The notes under the pieces were generated by a model, which searched no databases, was not told the origin of the DNA, and worked only from the letters and a program-made list of their open reading frames with translations. Source: Catajapyx aquilonaris (Eukaryota). From it: a stretch of 63,811 nucleotides of DNA. Shown in pieces: positions 13,101 through 29,259 of the stretch. A program made the translations under genes and the position numbers. The DNA lies in assembly GCA_000934665.2 (NCBI GenBank), contig KZ538531.1, forward strand, positions 1-63,811. The letters run 5' to 3'. Within the stretch, counting starts at the first letter, position 1, and every line of letters starts with the position of its first letter.

Positions 13101-15620
13101 CATGTCCAATGGCATGAGAATGTTTGGTATGTGATTCATAATTGATTATGACCCCTTCAGACTCCACTGATCAATACTGGGCAGACATTAACAATTCACG
13201 GCGCCAAAACAAAAACATGGCAGCATACACAATGTCAACTCGACATTTTCTGGGCCTACTTTCACACACAAACGTGATTCATATTGACCAAGTTCACTGT
13301 CCTACTGGGAACAGTCCCCTGCACGGGTTTTCCAAAGGGGTTTGTGGCACAAGGGTTTGCGACCAGGCCAACATCCAAAATGCTAAATGCTAAACCTTGG
13401 CAGTTAAGTATAGCAAAACTATTTTTAATCACAACATGAAGTCCCTGCAAGCACACACTTTGCAACAAAGTTGTTGATACAGCACAACCTGAATGAACAT
13501 TTCTCCTACTTTTTTTTCTGTCTGTAATGCTTTACATCTGCTTCCACAGACGCATCGCTTAACTTTGAGCTCAACCATAACTTACAGCCTACTACAGACT
13601 ACGTTGAGAGATTCTGTTACTTTATTACTTTGGTCCACATTACTCACATTTCACTTTTTGTCACAGTGCCATTCCATTCCAATAACGACCTACTTAGAAA
13701 AGCAATGTTTTGGCAAATGTTTCTAAAATGCAAGTCAACTTCGTAAATTGGACGTCACTAATATTCTACCTCACCATTACACCATGGAAATAATTACGCA
13801 ATGCAGTAATGACTTGTCTCTTTCCAACCATCATTTGTGAAAAAGTCTACAAAGTCACAGCCTTTAACGTAAAACCTAAATGAAGGTTCATGTGCTGTTC
13901 AGCAGAGAACATTGTACATTCTATTGCATTATATTTTCGCATTTTGAATACTTGGGAATTTCCAGACATAATAAACTATTCCTTTCCCATGCTCAAAAAA
14001 ATGGTGAGAAATCTAGCTCTATGCAAGATGTTGTTGAATTAATTATCCTCATCATATGCACTGCATGTCACTTTATGATGCAGACACCCATTCAAGACCC
14101 ATGTATGCTTTTAAAAGTCAATACAGAACTGATGTGGAACGCTGCAAATTACCATATGACTATCGCCAGTAATAAATGAATCCATCAACACTGTACATAA
14201 TATAATTACTGTATAGATGAATGAAGTTGTTTATGTGGCACACATACATACAATACAGCCATGATCATTCAGAATGAAAACTTACTGTAAAAATTATTTG
14301 ATTTTCAAGTGAATACAAACTTTCAAGTCCCATAATTTTCATGAATTCTTAAAATTGATAATCTTGATAAAACTTATCAGTACAAGGGTGCGGCTCACAA
14401 TGAAAGGAATATTTATATTTTAAACACAGTGGCTATTTGCAGGTAAAATTCACTATATGGAAATAGTTTGCATATTCAACTTTAATTTGATCTGTTAATG
14501 TCCATAGCATAGGGCAGCATTGATTGAGGCTATTGAACTGGACCATTCCCCACTCACAGTCGGCAGTCGCAATCCATTCATTACCCACAATGTTACTGTG
14601 ACAATTAATCACAAGTATTGTTCAAAATTCGTTCAAAACATGTAATGTGCCATGGAAAATTGATCTCGTATCATGTGGTAGACCCTATTGTTAAATGTCA
14701 TTTTCACTTTGTGATGCAATGATCATTTGATTGTACACTACATGAATGGTTGTGAGGATGAATGCAATTGGCTCCTTGCTCATTACAGCAATTATCAAGT
14801 TGGTACAGTACAAGCAAAGAGGCTAAGAATGGCAGGAGTAGCCCGAGGCTAAAAATTCTTTCGCCCAGTGAGAAACTGCCCTGGAGATTTCTTAATATTG
14901 CTCTCCCTGGCGAATGACTTCTCAGTAACCAACCAGTTTACAAAATTGTGGTTATTTTCAAACTTATAATCACAGATTTTGTCCGATTACAAATGACCCA
15001 ATAGAACAAAGGCTAAAAGTCCAGCATGGGGGGAAAAAATGGCAGTGGTGTGTATACAAGGAAACATTTTGAATTGAAAACATGGTTGCTGATACCCCAC
15101 ATTTTACTGGTAATTATTTATGTAGTTATCGTTATGTTACATGCAGTATGTGCCAAATTTGAAACTTCGGATCTTCTACATTACTGCCTAGTCCCCAATT
15201 TCAGACAATCTTGCCATAAAATAATATGGGCAACACTGCTCAGCAACTACAAAGTGGACCAGGTCCAGCCTCATTGGTCCAGTATAAATGCCAAAACGGG
15301 CCCAGTCTGGACTCAGCTCCTCAAAAGTTGTGTCAATGTGCCAATGGGCCATCACTTTCACTTGCTTCATTGCTGCTCATTGAACTCACCAGCACTTTGG
15401 TAAACCTCCTCTCCAGCTCCCCCGAGTCCGGCATGGGCTGCTTGTTCTTGGAAGGCATGCTGGTGGGGAGACCGCTGGTCCTGACCCTGTGCTGTTCTTT
15501 GGTAGCCGTCGTCGGCGGTGGCATAGCAGCCCCAGCCGACGCAGGCATCTCCACAGCCGTGATAGCAGTCGCTGGCATTGTCCCTCCGCAACTATCCTTG
15601 CCGCTCTGTGAGTTACCCAT
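2256..15620 (-). CDS. FMNL: Formin-like protein (FMNL/Drosophila Frl type), 5' part only; gene continues left of the window
   Basis: Three phase-0 exons with GT/AG ends: 15620-15390 (MGNSQS...[17 protein letters not shown]), 5288-5205 ([28 protein letters not shown]) and 2342-2256 ([29 protein letters not shown]). The spliced peptide is the recognisable FMNL N-terminal GTPase-binding region, and MGNxxS is a myristoylation consensus. Confidence 0.93.
3219..3550 (+). mobile_element. tRNA-derived SINE
   Basis: A-box-like TGGCGCCGTAG (3230-3240), B-box GGTTCGATCCC (3272-3282), non-tRNA body and a (TAA)n tail. It sits in a (TAA)n tract present on both sides. Confidence 0.75.
5205..5288 (-). CDS. 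FMNL: Formin-like coding exon 2 (not in ORF track)
   Basis: tttcag|GCC TCA ATG GAC CTT CCT CCA GAC AAA ... GAT CAG|gtaat; 28 codons, [10 protein letters not shown] motif. Confidence 0.93.
10096..10173. repeat. (TA)n microsatellite
   Basis: Uninterrupted AT dinucleotide run of about 39 units. Confidence 0.98.
15390..15620 (-). CDS. FMNL: Formin-like coding exon 1
   Basis: ATG at 15620, 77 codons, donor GTGAGT at 15389-15384. Confidence 0.92.
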
Positions 15621-16376
15621 TATACTATCGCGCCCCCCACCCCCACCAGTAATCTCTCCCCGTCGAACACACAACACCACACCACACACACACCCCCCAA
15701 CTTGCTATCAGCCTTCCAAGGTCGGCCTCGGGATACCTCTCCTCTTTTTTTTCACCCTCCCCTTTCCTCCGCGGCCTCAAAGCGCGTCTCCCCGGCTGAA
15801 CAGGACGCGGGATCAACAGGTCCGGTGCTGCGACGGCGCCGCCGACGTCCGCGTCACGACGCCTCCATTTCGTCACACACGCGCATCAACAACAAGAAGA
15901 GAGCCGGAGAATGGATGGAGCGGCTCCTGTCACCGCCTCTACCACCAGCCAGCCGTCTACTGACCAGCCAACGGGAGATGGCAGCAGCTGCAGCCCACTC
16001 CTCCCATCCGATTGGACGGATCGAGAGGTGCCGGCCAATCGGAGCGAGGCCACTCTGGACACTGAGCGACGGCACGTTCCGGTTGGTGTTCTCAGCGCCA
16101 CCTGTTCGCTCTAAACCTGACTACTGCCAGCCAACAGAATGCGGCTATGGTTATGGTTGATAGCACCCGATAGCAGATGATCATATTACAAGGCAAGTGA
16201 CTCTTGCGTTGTAGCCACTCAGGCCGGCTTCAGTTGCTAATAGTTCCACAGAAAGAGCTGGTAAAACCCCTGGTAAAACGTATTGACATTTAGATAAGTG
16301 TTCGCTGGACACTAGTTACTGGCACATTATGTAATTGTTGTTCCCTCTCTGTACTTTGACAGCATAGGGTGGAAGT
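15621..16376. promoter_or_regulatory. Bidirectional promoter / 5' UTR region between FMNL and ALDH9
   Basis: Divergent ATGs about 756 bp apart; locally GC/CpG-rich; inverted CCAAT pair (ATTGG 16011-16015, CCAAT 16035-16039); splice acceptor tttgacag at 16361-16362 just before the ALDH ATG. Confidence 0.7.
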
Positions 16377-18876
<2,500 letters not shown>

Positions 18877-19054
18877 TTTACTTCAGTTTCTTTGTGGAAA
18901 TAAACAAAGCACATTCCTGGTACCTTGTATGTCAAGCATGAATGAGTTTATTTTGCATATGATTAAACCAATGCAATACCGAACTAAATATATTTTATTG
19001 GGTTTTAAGGCTTGAGGCGTTTTATTACTTGAATGTTTGACTTTCGACTTACAG

Positions 19055-19101
19055 TACTTCCTCAGATTTGATGTAATAATTACATCAAATCTGAGGAAGT
19101 A
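19055..19101. repeat. Perfect palindrome, 23-bp arms with 1-nt spacer
   Basis: TACTTCCTCAGATTTGATGTAAT A ATTACATCAAATCTGAGGAAGTA. Confidence 0.95.
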
Positions 19102-19377
19102 TTAATAAATACGGAAGGCAACGTGACAGCAATAGCATATTTTCATTGGTGCATCGTAGGAACACATCTGATGGAATTTTTTCTCAGTTAACCACATAAC
19201 CAAGGAAAAGCACAAAACAAGTGTATCTCCACCCATGCACCTTCCCAACATCTCTCCCTCACTCATGGAGTGTGAGGCATTGAGGAAAAGGTTTCATATG
19301 AGTACACTTACAGAACAATAAAGTTTGACATACCTGAGAGATGTAAAAGCATCACTTGGATTACTGTTGTAAGCTAA

Positions 19378-21235
19378 TTAGAATGTTGTACTTGGCTCTA
19401 GCAGATTGTGTTCAACATTCTTGTAATAGGAAATCTGAGAAGCCATACTATTATAGTAGGCACTTGAATTGTATAAAATATTTCTTGTTATGCAAAAATG
19501 CCCTCTCTCAGGCTTGAGACAACCCTGAGGGTCGTTTTCGGCGTATGTGCAGCACACCTCTTTCACACTTAGGAAGGAAGGCCTTTCATCAGTAAGTCCT
19601 GCAGAGTTCCATGAATACACCACCATGGGGTGAAATATTTTTGCTGAGTGCTGATGGTGCAAGAGATATTGAAGCTTAATTACTCCATTTCGGCTGGTCC
19701 AATCAGGATTTAGGTTTTCGCTGCCTTCCATCACTTCGAGAGTGCAGAGAATATACCGAGCTAGGTACTTGAGCTGCCTGTGGAAGGTGGTGTCCAGTGG
19801 TTGCCAAAGGGATGTGCAGTGCTTTGGAATGACAAGAGTAGTGCAAGCTGGCCTGTTCTTGAAGGAACCGAATAGTTTGGCATACGTCTGCAAATCTGTT
19901 TGGCCTCCCCAGGAGTTGATCAGCAGCACGAAGTCTTCCTTCATATTTTGGGCCACCTCATTATTGAGAAACTCCTCCACCAAAGTTTTCGACATTATCC
20001 CGGAACGGCTGCAAGTGAGAGTAACATTGGGAAGTCTGTAAAGCGATGCCTTCACTTGTGGCCCAAAAAATCCCTTCTTCTCCTGAAGGCACACAAATAC
20101 ATTGACTACGATATCACCAGCCATGCTGATGGCATACTGTACGGTGTAACTACGTATGTGTTGCCTGAGCCTGACTGGGCAAACCCAAATGTCAGCTTCT
20201 CTCCTCTAAACGAGTGTCCTTGAGCTGGTCATTTCATAATATTAAAGCCACACTGGTCCGTGTTAATGATGATTTCTGGACGAAACTGGTCGCAGACTTG
20301 CTGACACTCCTTTCTGAACATTGTAGCGTCATCCAATATCTTCCCTTCGTCTAGCACTTTCCTTCTATTACTAATTTTGTCACTTTCCTGGTGCGGATTC
20401 GGTGTCGCAGTTTGAATTTGGTGGACCGAGATGTGCTGGCCTTAAACTTGAAGGACCCATCATCTATTTCCCTGCACTTTTGCAGAGCCCACAGTCGCAG
20501 GTGTGATATGTGTGCACAATCTTGTGTCCTTTCCAGGCAGAGAAAAACTTCTCCATTATGTATCTGCTAATGGCTTCATGATTTTCAATCAGGCAAAATC
20601 AAGAGACTTGTCTTTTATATCGTTGCAGTTGATCCATACTCCTCAATTCTGGTGCTCCTTTCTTTCGCAGAGTGGCAGGACTCCATTTAGGATGGACGTC
20701 TTTCAGACGGACAATTTCTCTCTTCCGTTCCAAGCTTACAGTTGAGGTTCTCCACCCTTCGCCACTGGCGATGATTCCCAAGGCGCTGACATCGGGTCAC
20801 TTCTCTCTTCTTGGTCACTGCCATCCTGATCACTCGATGTAATTATGTCCTACACCAGCATATGACGTGGTTGGTCTTGGTATAGGCTGAGCTTCATTAA
20901 TATCAAATATAATTCGAAACTTGTCTGATGACATCCTGACATCACGAATAGGTAAAATGACGAGAGAAATATAATGTATATGACCTACCATCTGCCGTGT
21001 ATTCAGTGATTATTGAATCTTCTACTGCAACGAAGTTGTCCATCACCTCCATCATCAAATCAAATGTCTTCTTGGTTACAAGATGCTCATACTCACTGAT
21101 CAGAGATTTAGTTTGGAAGCCTCCTGGAGAAAAATCCTGACAAAGCTCAGTAAATAATCTGGCTAGATTACGGATAGGTTGGCAATTATTCAGGTGTTCC
21201 ATCTCAGCTGTATTGTAGCCTACCTGCAGAAGCAA
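19378..21235 (-). mobile_element. Decayed pogo/Tc5-like (HTH-CENPB + DDE) transposase
   Basis: Broken frames give SLERKREIVRLKDVHPKWSPATLRKKG, LWALQKCRE..FKASTSRSTKFKLRHRIRTRKVTK, NTDQ, YTVQYAISMAG, LLINSWGGQTD and IPKHCTSLWQPLDTTFHRQLK. Multiple stops and frameshifts; the expected DSW motif reads NSW. TIRs not found, so boundaries are approximate. Confidence 0.82.
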
Positions 21236-21533
21236 ATGATAAATCCAGTATTGAAATGCATAGTGTTCGAAAGTGTGGTGATGGGTGGGGGGTCAATGAC
21301 CCTTACCGCCTCTGCGCAGTTTGCTTTGTCTCTCGGTAGACACAACCCTCCCGCACCACCCACCCCAACACCACACTTTCGAACAAAGTTTTTTCTCTCT
21401 CTCAACCTAGTAAAAACCTGGAAGGCTGAAAATGGGAGTAAGTAATTGAGAATTGATAATGAAATAATTTTTAATAATTCAGGCCTCCAAATGTGATACG
21501 CTTGAGTTCATGGAAGTTCCAAGTGGAAGATTC

Positions 21534-23404
<1,871 letters not shown>

Positions 23405-23541
23405 GACTGTTGCTTTGATGAGATGACAGGAAGGATCCTTCTATAAAGTGACGTGTGTGGAGCTCGTCGGCAGGTAGCTTTGCCCGGATTCCGTCTGACG
23501 AGACCAAGCAACTCAACCACCAACGACGAGACAAACGAGGC

Positions 23542-23594
23542 GAATGAGGGGTGGTAACAACCACTGCGTCATATTTATACCACCGGTGACGTCA
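23542..23594 (-). promoter_or_regulatory. Alpha-tubulin core promoter (CRE, TATA, Inr-like)
   Basis: TGACGTCA at 23587-23594; TATAAA on the minus strand starting at 23579; TCATTC Inr-like element at 23547-23542. Confidence 0.6.
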
Positions 23595-25130
23595 CGTCTG
23601 GTGGGATTACACGTGCTAGTCACCCTTTCAATACGCGTGCGTGCCAGGCTCCTATTGACTGGGATGCAACATGGCTGGATGGTGTGAACCTGGCCTCGGA
23701 GGCGAAACTGTCGCTGATTGGCCCGTTTGAACGAGGGGTTTGGCCCGTTGCATGCCGGGAAATATGAAACCGGTGCTGTGCAGTGTTGCCAAATTTTGCA
23801 ACGACACTTTTCTTCTCGTGGCCCTGTCTCTTCCGTTTTCCCGACATATGTGTGCGAATTTTGGATCCGATGGGGGACATCGACCTATGCTGATTTCAGA
23901 CACAATGCAAGTTTCGATGACCTATTTTAAAAAAAGATTAAGTTAGGGGCGGATAATCAAGTTCAATTAAGAAACGGTTCAGATGATAGGCTACCGCTTT
24001 ATCGGCTCTTCAGCAGCCAGAAACGGCCTGAACCTATGTGACGGTTAAATACGTACTTATTAGCTTAAACAGTATTAGCACCGCCTGTTTGGTGAGCAGT
24101 AATTCAAAGCAAATGTTTGACCCACCAGTTCCTAATTAATAATTTCCTGGTTTAAAAAGGGTGGGCCAATAAACCGGCCGGATTATTACGTGTCACTGTT
24201 ACATGCAGGCCGTATAAGGAATGGGGGAGGCCCATTTGTCACATACGTTTTGCGACCAAGTTGTGTGGGGAGGGAGACTATAGCCTAGGGTTTAATAATT
24301 TGCAGAGTGCACTTTTTTTTGCGGTGATTCCAGTCACGCTTGGGGTATATGTCATCGACGAGAATGCAATAAAGAGCGCTCAAAAATAGGGAAACTATAT
24401 AATATCGTGGGAGATAAAGTTAGCCAAGGTTATGAAAAAGGGTGTCGTCATTATCATCATTAACATCATCAGCGACGTGCACTACTTCCTCTTGTGGAAC
24501 AGATCCATTGTCCTCCTTCCGGTTCTCAGACACACACATTCTCTTCGATGATACAAAATTGAGGGAGAAATTGACCTCTTCTTGAAAAATGACTCATTTC
24601 CTCTCACTTGCAATGTATTCAGTCCAGGAGAAACTCTTTCGCGAACTTGTCCACACATGATAATGACGACTGTTTATTTTTAGGAGAACTTTGCACTAAA
24701 GCAAGCCAGTCGTCAACCTCATCGTCGTTGGACCGATGCCATGGGAATGTTGGCCACTGACCAGACCTCACATGGCCAGGAAAAGTGAAAGGACAACGAT
24801 AATACTGGTATATCTCTAATGAAGCATATGGCATATCTAATTATTGTCACCTTCTAACTACTATGAGTGCACTGCCTGTTGACATGCATGTATGGTTTAA
24901 TGCTTCTACCTGTGATAATTGGAATACCATGTGAAGATGTTCCGAGATATTCCATGGACTGGAAGGTATATAGACTCCAGTTGCTTGTAAATTGTTCCTC
25001 ATACATTCAATTCGATACATTAATATTTCACAATGCAACATTATTGCCAGGAATAAAAATATTTACAATTGAAACCTAAACAGGAAAAATGCAAAAGCTG
25101 CCCCTGCAATATTCATAAAAACATGTCACT

Positions 25131-28100
25131 TCACAAGCAAGTGTTGTCATTTCCATTAATTACGAACATGCCGTTTTTCTTTCCATCCTTTTCAAATGCC
25201 CAGTAGCCCTTCCTGATTATTTCCACATCATTGGCGTATGGGCGAGACCTGTCCAGTTCTCGCTATAGAGAACAAAAAATTAGCCATTAGAAATGGTGCA
25301 GACTAACTTTGTTAAGCAGTACTTACTCTCTTCTCTTCCCACTGATTGCCAGCATACACTTCCCTAATATAACTGCACCACCTTCTAGGGAAGCAGCAGC
25401 AAAGTCTCTCTCCAACGTGACACAGGAGGTTGGGGTCAAGTTCCTTTGGGTCTTGAGCACCAGTAAGGAAACTGACAATCAGTCCTACGAAGATCACGGT
25501 CAAACACCCAGTAGCAGAGTACCACATGTATGACAATCGATATATCGGCAGTGCATCGCTGTGGAGGGCCAGAAGAGGTTATAACAACTAGGGAGTAAGA
25601 AAATGATGCTTTGATGCAAAGGACATACCCAATGGGTGTAATTATTGGAGGCTTTGCGGTCACATTAAAATCACAGCCGTCTATGGACAAGGGCATTTTG
25701 GAAATTATGATTGACTTGTTGTTGACAGAGATGTTGGCTCCTATTCCAATCCAAAATATGAAGGCCAAACCCGATATGGTTCCAACTGCTGCTCCCTGCA
25801 AACAGCATGTAATGTAAGTAAAAAAGTAATCAAGTTTCCCGTTCTGATTAAACTGTTGTCAAGCAGGTAACCACTTCGGTACTCTGGTGTACACCTGCGA
25901 GTGGTACTCCCAGGTACTCCTTGGTACTCCAGTATACACTTTTCAGTCGAGTGATTAACCCTTGACTGTTGTAATGTATATCTTTTTATGAAGTGTACCT
26001 TTGAGTTGGCCCATGGGAAAAATATGCCCAGGGAGAAAATTCCCAGGAGAGGGCCGCTAATCATGCCAAAAATACTCAGCGTGGCTTGAAGAACACCACC
26101 AAGTTGCTCTGCCACGAAGACAAGGCCAAAGCAGACCAACCCAAATAGCACCGACAATCCTTGGGAGATCCTTTTACATGTTCTGTCACTTATTTCCTTT
26201 CTGTAAATACTCTTGACGAAATCTTCCAAGGATATGGCCGCCAGTGAATTCAGCCCACTAGACAGTGTACTGGAAGAGGTCAAAAGTTGCAATTAAATCA
26301 CACCTTCAATGCCCCAGTTAAGACACCGTACTGTACCTAAGTGCTCCACTGAAGATCCCTGCGACGAAGAATCCTGGAAGACCAGGAATATCCCCTAACG
26401 TGTCCATTACAAAGAGTGGAAACAATTGGTCTTGAGTAGTCACCAACTGCAATGATATGTAGTTTTAAGATCATGTCTTGGCTCATCTACCATCGTCGTG
26501 AAGTTATTATACTTACACCAGCTCGAAGGGGATCGCAGTTGTAATACTTTGCATAAATAATAACAAGTCCTCCATAGCAAGTAATGGTTAAAAGTATGAA
26601 GAGACCGGTAAGATTTATACAGACAGTTCTGAGGAGGGAAATTGGCTACATATCAGCACAAAACGCTGTTTGAAAAGCTTTCACAATTACCTTGACAATT
26701 AGTCAATTACACTGCATTTTTAGTGACAATTGCATGAAGTTATAGGTCACTGCCAGTGAGTTGCATCAGATATGCAGGCCTACGATCTGTCGTCAAAAAA
26801 GAGACGAAGACATGGGCGTAACATATCCTGGCGTTATACAACCATCATCACCGAAAGAGAAGTTTACGGAGCAAGTTCACTACAGTGCAGTGCACAGGCA
26901 ATAATACGTATATGGTACTGAGCATGATTTACGCCATAGCACAGTTGGAGACGTGGTCGTACAGTGGATTACTATGGCCTATAATAGTTAATCTATACGA
27001 CTCAACTCACTTCTGAGCCTGCTTGACTGTAGCAACGCTGAGGTATCGCTGCACCTGCGTTTGGTTCACTCCGTAAATAGACACCCACGTGAAGTACCCA
27101 CCAATGACCAGTGACCAGAATGTGTGACGTACTGTAGGGTCTAAGTCAAACCTGTAAAACAAGTCAGCTGTTAATTTTTGGGCAATTATTTCAAAACATC
27201 ATTGGCATTACGTGAAGAAGTTGATCCTGCCACTTTCCCAGTTCCTCTGGAACACTGCCGGAGATCCTCCGACGTCGAAGGTTCCTTTGACGATCACGGC
27301 CAACATCGAAAGGAATATAATCCCTACTTGGAATGTGTCTGTCCACATCACAGCCTTCATTCCTCCCTGAAGTTGTGCAACACACATTCCTTACAGCCTT
27401 ACAAACTTGCTTTAAAAACATCCGCTGCCTTTTGTCTCCATACACTATACTTACCAGGGTAGTGTAGAATATGCAGACGGCAAAAATGATTCCGACACAC
27501 AGATATATGTCCATTCCGGTAACTACAAATGAACATTACTGATCAGAATGAGGCAATATTAACTAGTGGTGCGAATAACTTACCTTGGCTTAACGCTAAG
27601 GCAGGGGCGTACACAACTATGGCCAGATAAATAGTCTAAAACAATAATGGGCATTAATATGTTGCATAAGCTCAATCTCAATGCGGCGGTTATGAATCAC
27701 ATGCCTACCATTTGAGTAGTAAATATTGCGGATCCCATTATACGAATCGACTTATGGAAACGTCGTTCCAAGTACTGTGATAAAAAATGAAAAAAAGAAA
27801 GTATTGCAATGAAATGGCATTAACAAGCTACCATTAAATTCCTTGCATGCATGATAATACAGCGCAACAAAAAAAAAATCGGCGTGTTACTCGGAAACCA
27901 CTATGCACATCATGTTAGTAGGACCCAAAGTAGCTGGGAAACGCCCGGGATTTCTCTCCCAAAATGTGCAGGGGGTCAGGGCGACCAAAAATCCGAAAAA
28001 TTCAAAATATTGACGTTTTTTGGCCTATTTCCAGGTCTGGCAACCACTGTAAGTTTCGGATTTTGTTTTTGCTGGGATTAGGTGTTACCTGGGTCTAGTC

Positions 28101-29259
28101 TGAAGCCACTATGGTGTTTAAAGTCCATCTTTTATAGAAACTGTGGTTTTCCAGGGTCCGTTTTATGGAAAAAAATTCCGTTTTTTGGTACTTTTTCGTC
28201 AATTTTTGGGGAACAGTGTATGGACTTTTTTTAAAAAAAAAGTGTAGCGTAATGGGCTCTTTAGAGACCCTACAATCAAGGAATAACAGTAGAACTTTCC
28301 TATGCAACCCTAGTACGCGTGTGCAAAAGCCTAATCTTGGGTAAAATCGCGTTTTTTCGCATTTTTGGTGATTTGACTTTTTTCAACATTTAAAACCTAA
28401 TATTCCTCGGCTTTAAAATATATGAATTCTTCTTAGTCTAACAAACTGTCAGGGACCCCCATAGTATGGAAAAAGACTACGATTTCCATAAGCAACCCAT
28501 GTACGCGTGTATTTTTTTTGTACGCGTACGCGTACATGGGTTGCTTATGGAAATCGTAGTCTTTTTCCATACAATATTGTCCGTGCAATTAAAATGCTGC
28601 ATTATTAAGGTGCATTCACATATCCGCGATTGCGACTGCGACCCCGTGCCCGAGCGACGTCGCGACGGGGCACCGAATCGGTCGCTGGGCACGAGATCGC
28701 GGATATGTGAATGGACCTTTAAGCCGTTAGACCCACCTCGTACACTGAGGTAAGGCGAAGGCGATGGAAAATGGGCAGGTACCAATACGCAGTTGCTGGT
28801 ATCACCAGGAAGAACGATATGCCTATCATCCAGTACTCGGTCCCGTAGTTGTACATTTCGACAGGTGCTCCAAGCAAGGTGACAGCCGACATAAAACTGC
28901 AATAATGATAAGGAGTTATTCAACTTACGTTATCTATTTTACGACGGTCCAAAACGTCATGCCGTCATGCAATGAACACCGCCGACATGACATCCTGAGT
29001 ACTGCAATTGCGATGTACCCTTTCATTAAAGAACATTTACATTATAACAATGCGATTACCTAGCTAGAAGAGACATGGCCACAGGAAAGGTTCCCATTTT
29101 TCTGCTGCCCATGAGGAACTCGCTGGTGCTGTTATCTCTCTTTCCGAAGAATCCGAAGAAGATGCCGATGCCGGCCGAGACGGCCAACATCAAGCCGAAG
29201 ACGAGGTACTCGGGCCATCCGAACCTCTGGGCAAATTCGGCCGCTTTGCTCACCTCCAT
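25131..29259 (-). CDS. SLC5 sodium-coupled monocarboxylate transporter-like, copy A (621 aa, open frame)
   Basis: 13 in-phase GT/AG exons: 29259-29060, 28896-28737, 27774-27709, 27635-27584, 27522-27455, 27366-27212, 27151-27011, 26628-26517, 26446-26337, 26269-25999, 25795-25629, 25558-25327, 25262-25131. Motifs [34 protein letters not shown]; ends NTCL. Confidence 0.88.
28464..28572. repeat. Fold-back inverted repeat, 45-bp perfect arms with 19-nt loop
   Basis: 28464-28508 is the reverse complement of 28528-28572. Confidence 0.92.
28608..28718. mobile_element. PIF/Harbinger-like MITE in intron 2 of SLC5 copy A
   Basis: TIRs AGGTGCATTCACATATCCGCGAT / ATCGCGGATATGTGAATGGACCT with TTA duplicated on both sides. 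The homologous site in copy C (about 37558) is empty, with a single TTA. Confidence 0.9.

Noticed and set aside
15226..16160. Long plus-strand ORFs (245 aa and 152 aa)
   Set aside because: They are antisense shadows of the GC-rich formin exon 1 and promoter, with no recognisable domain.
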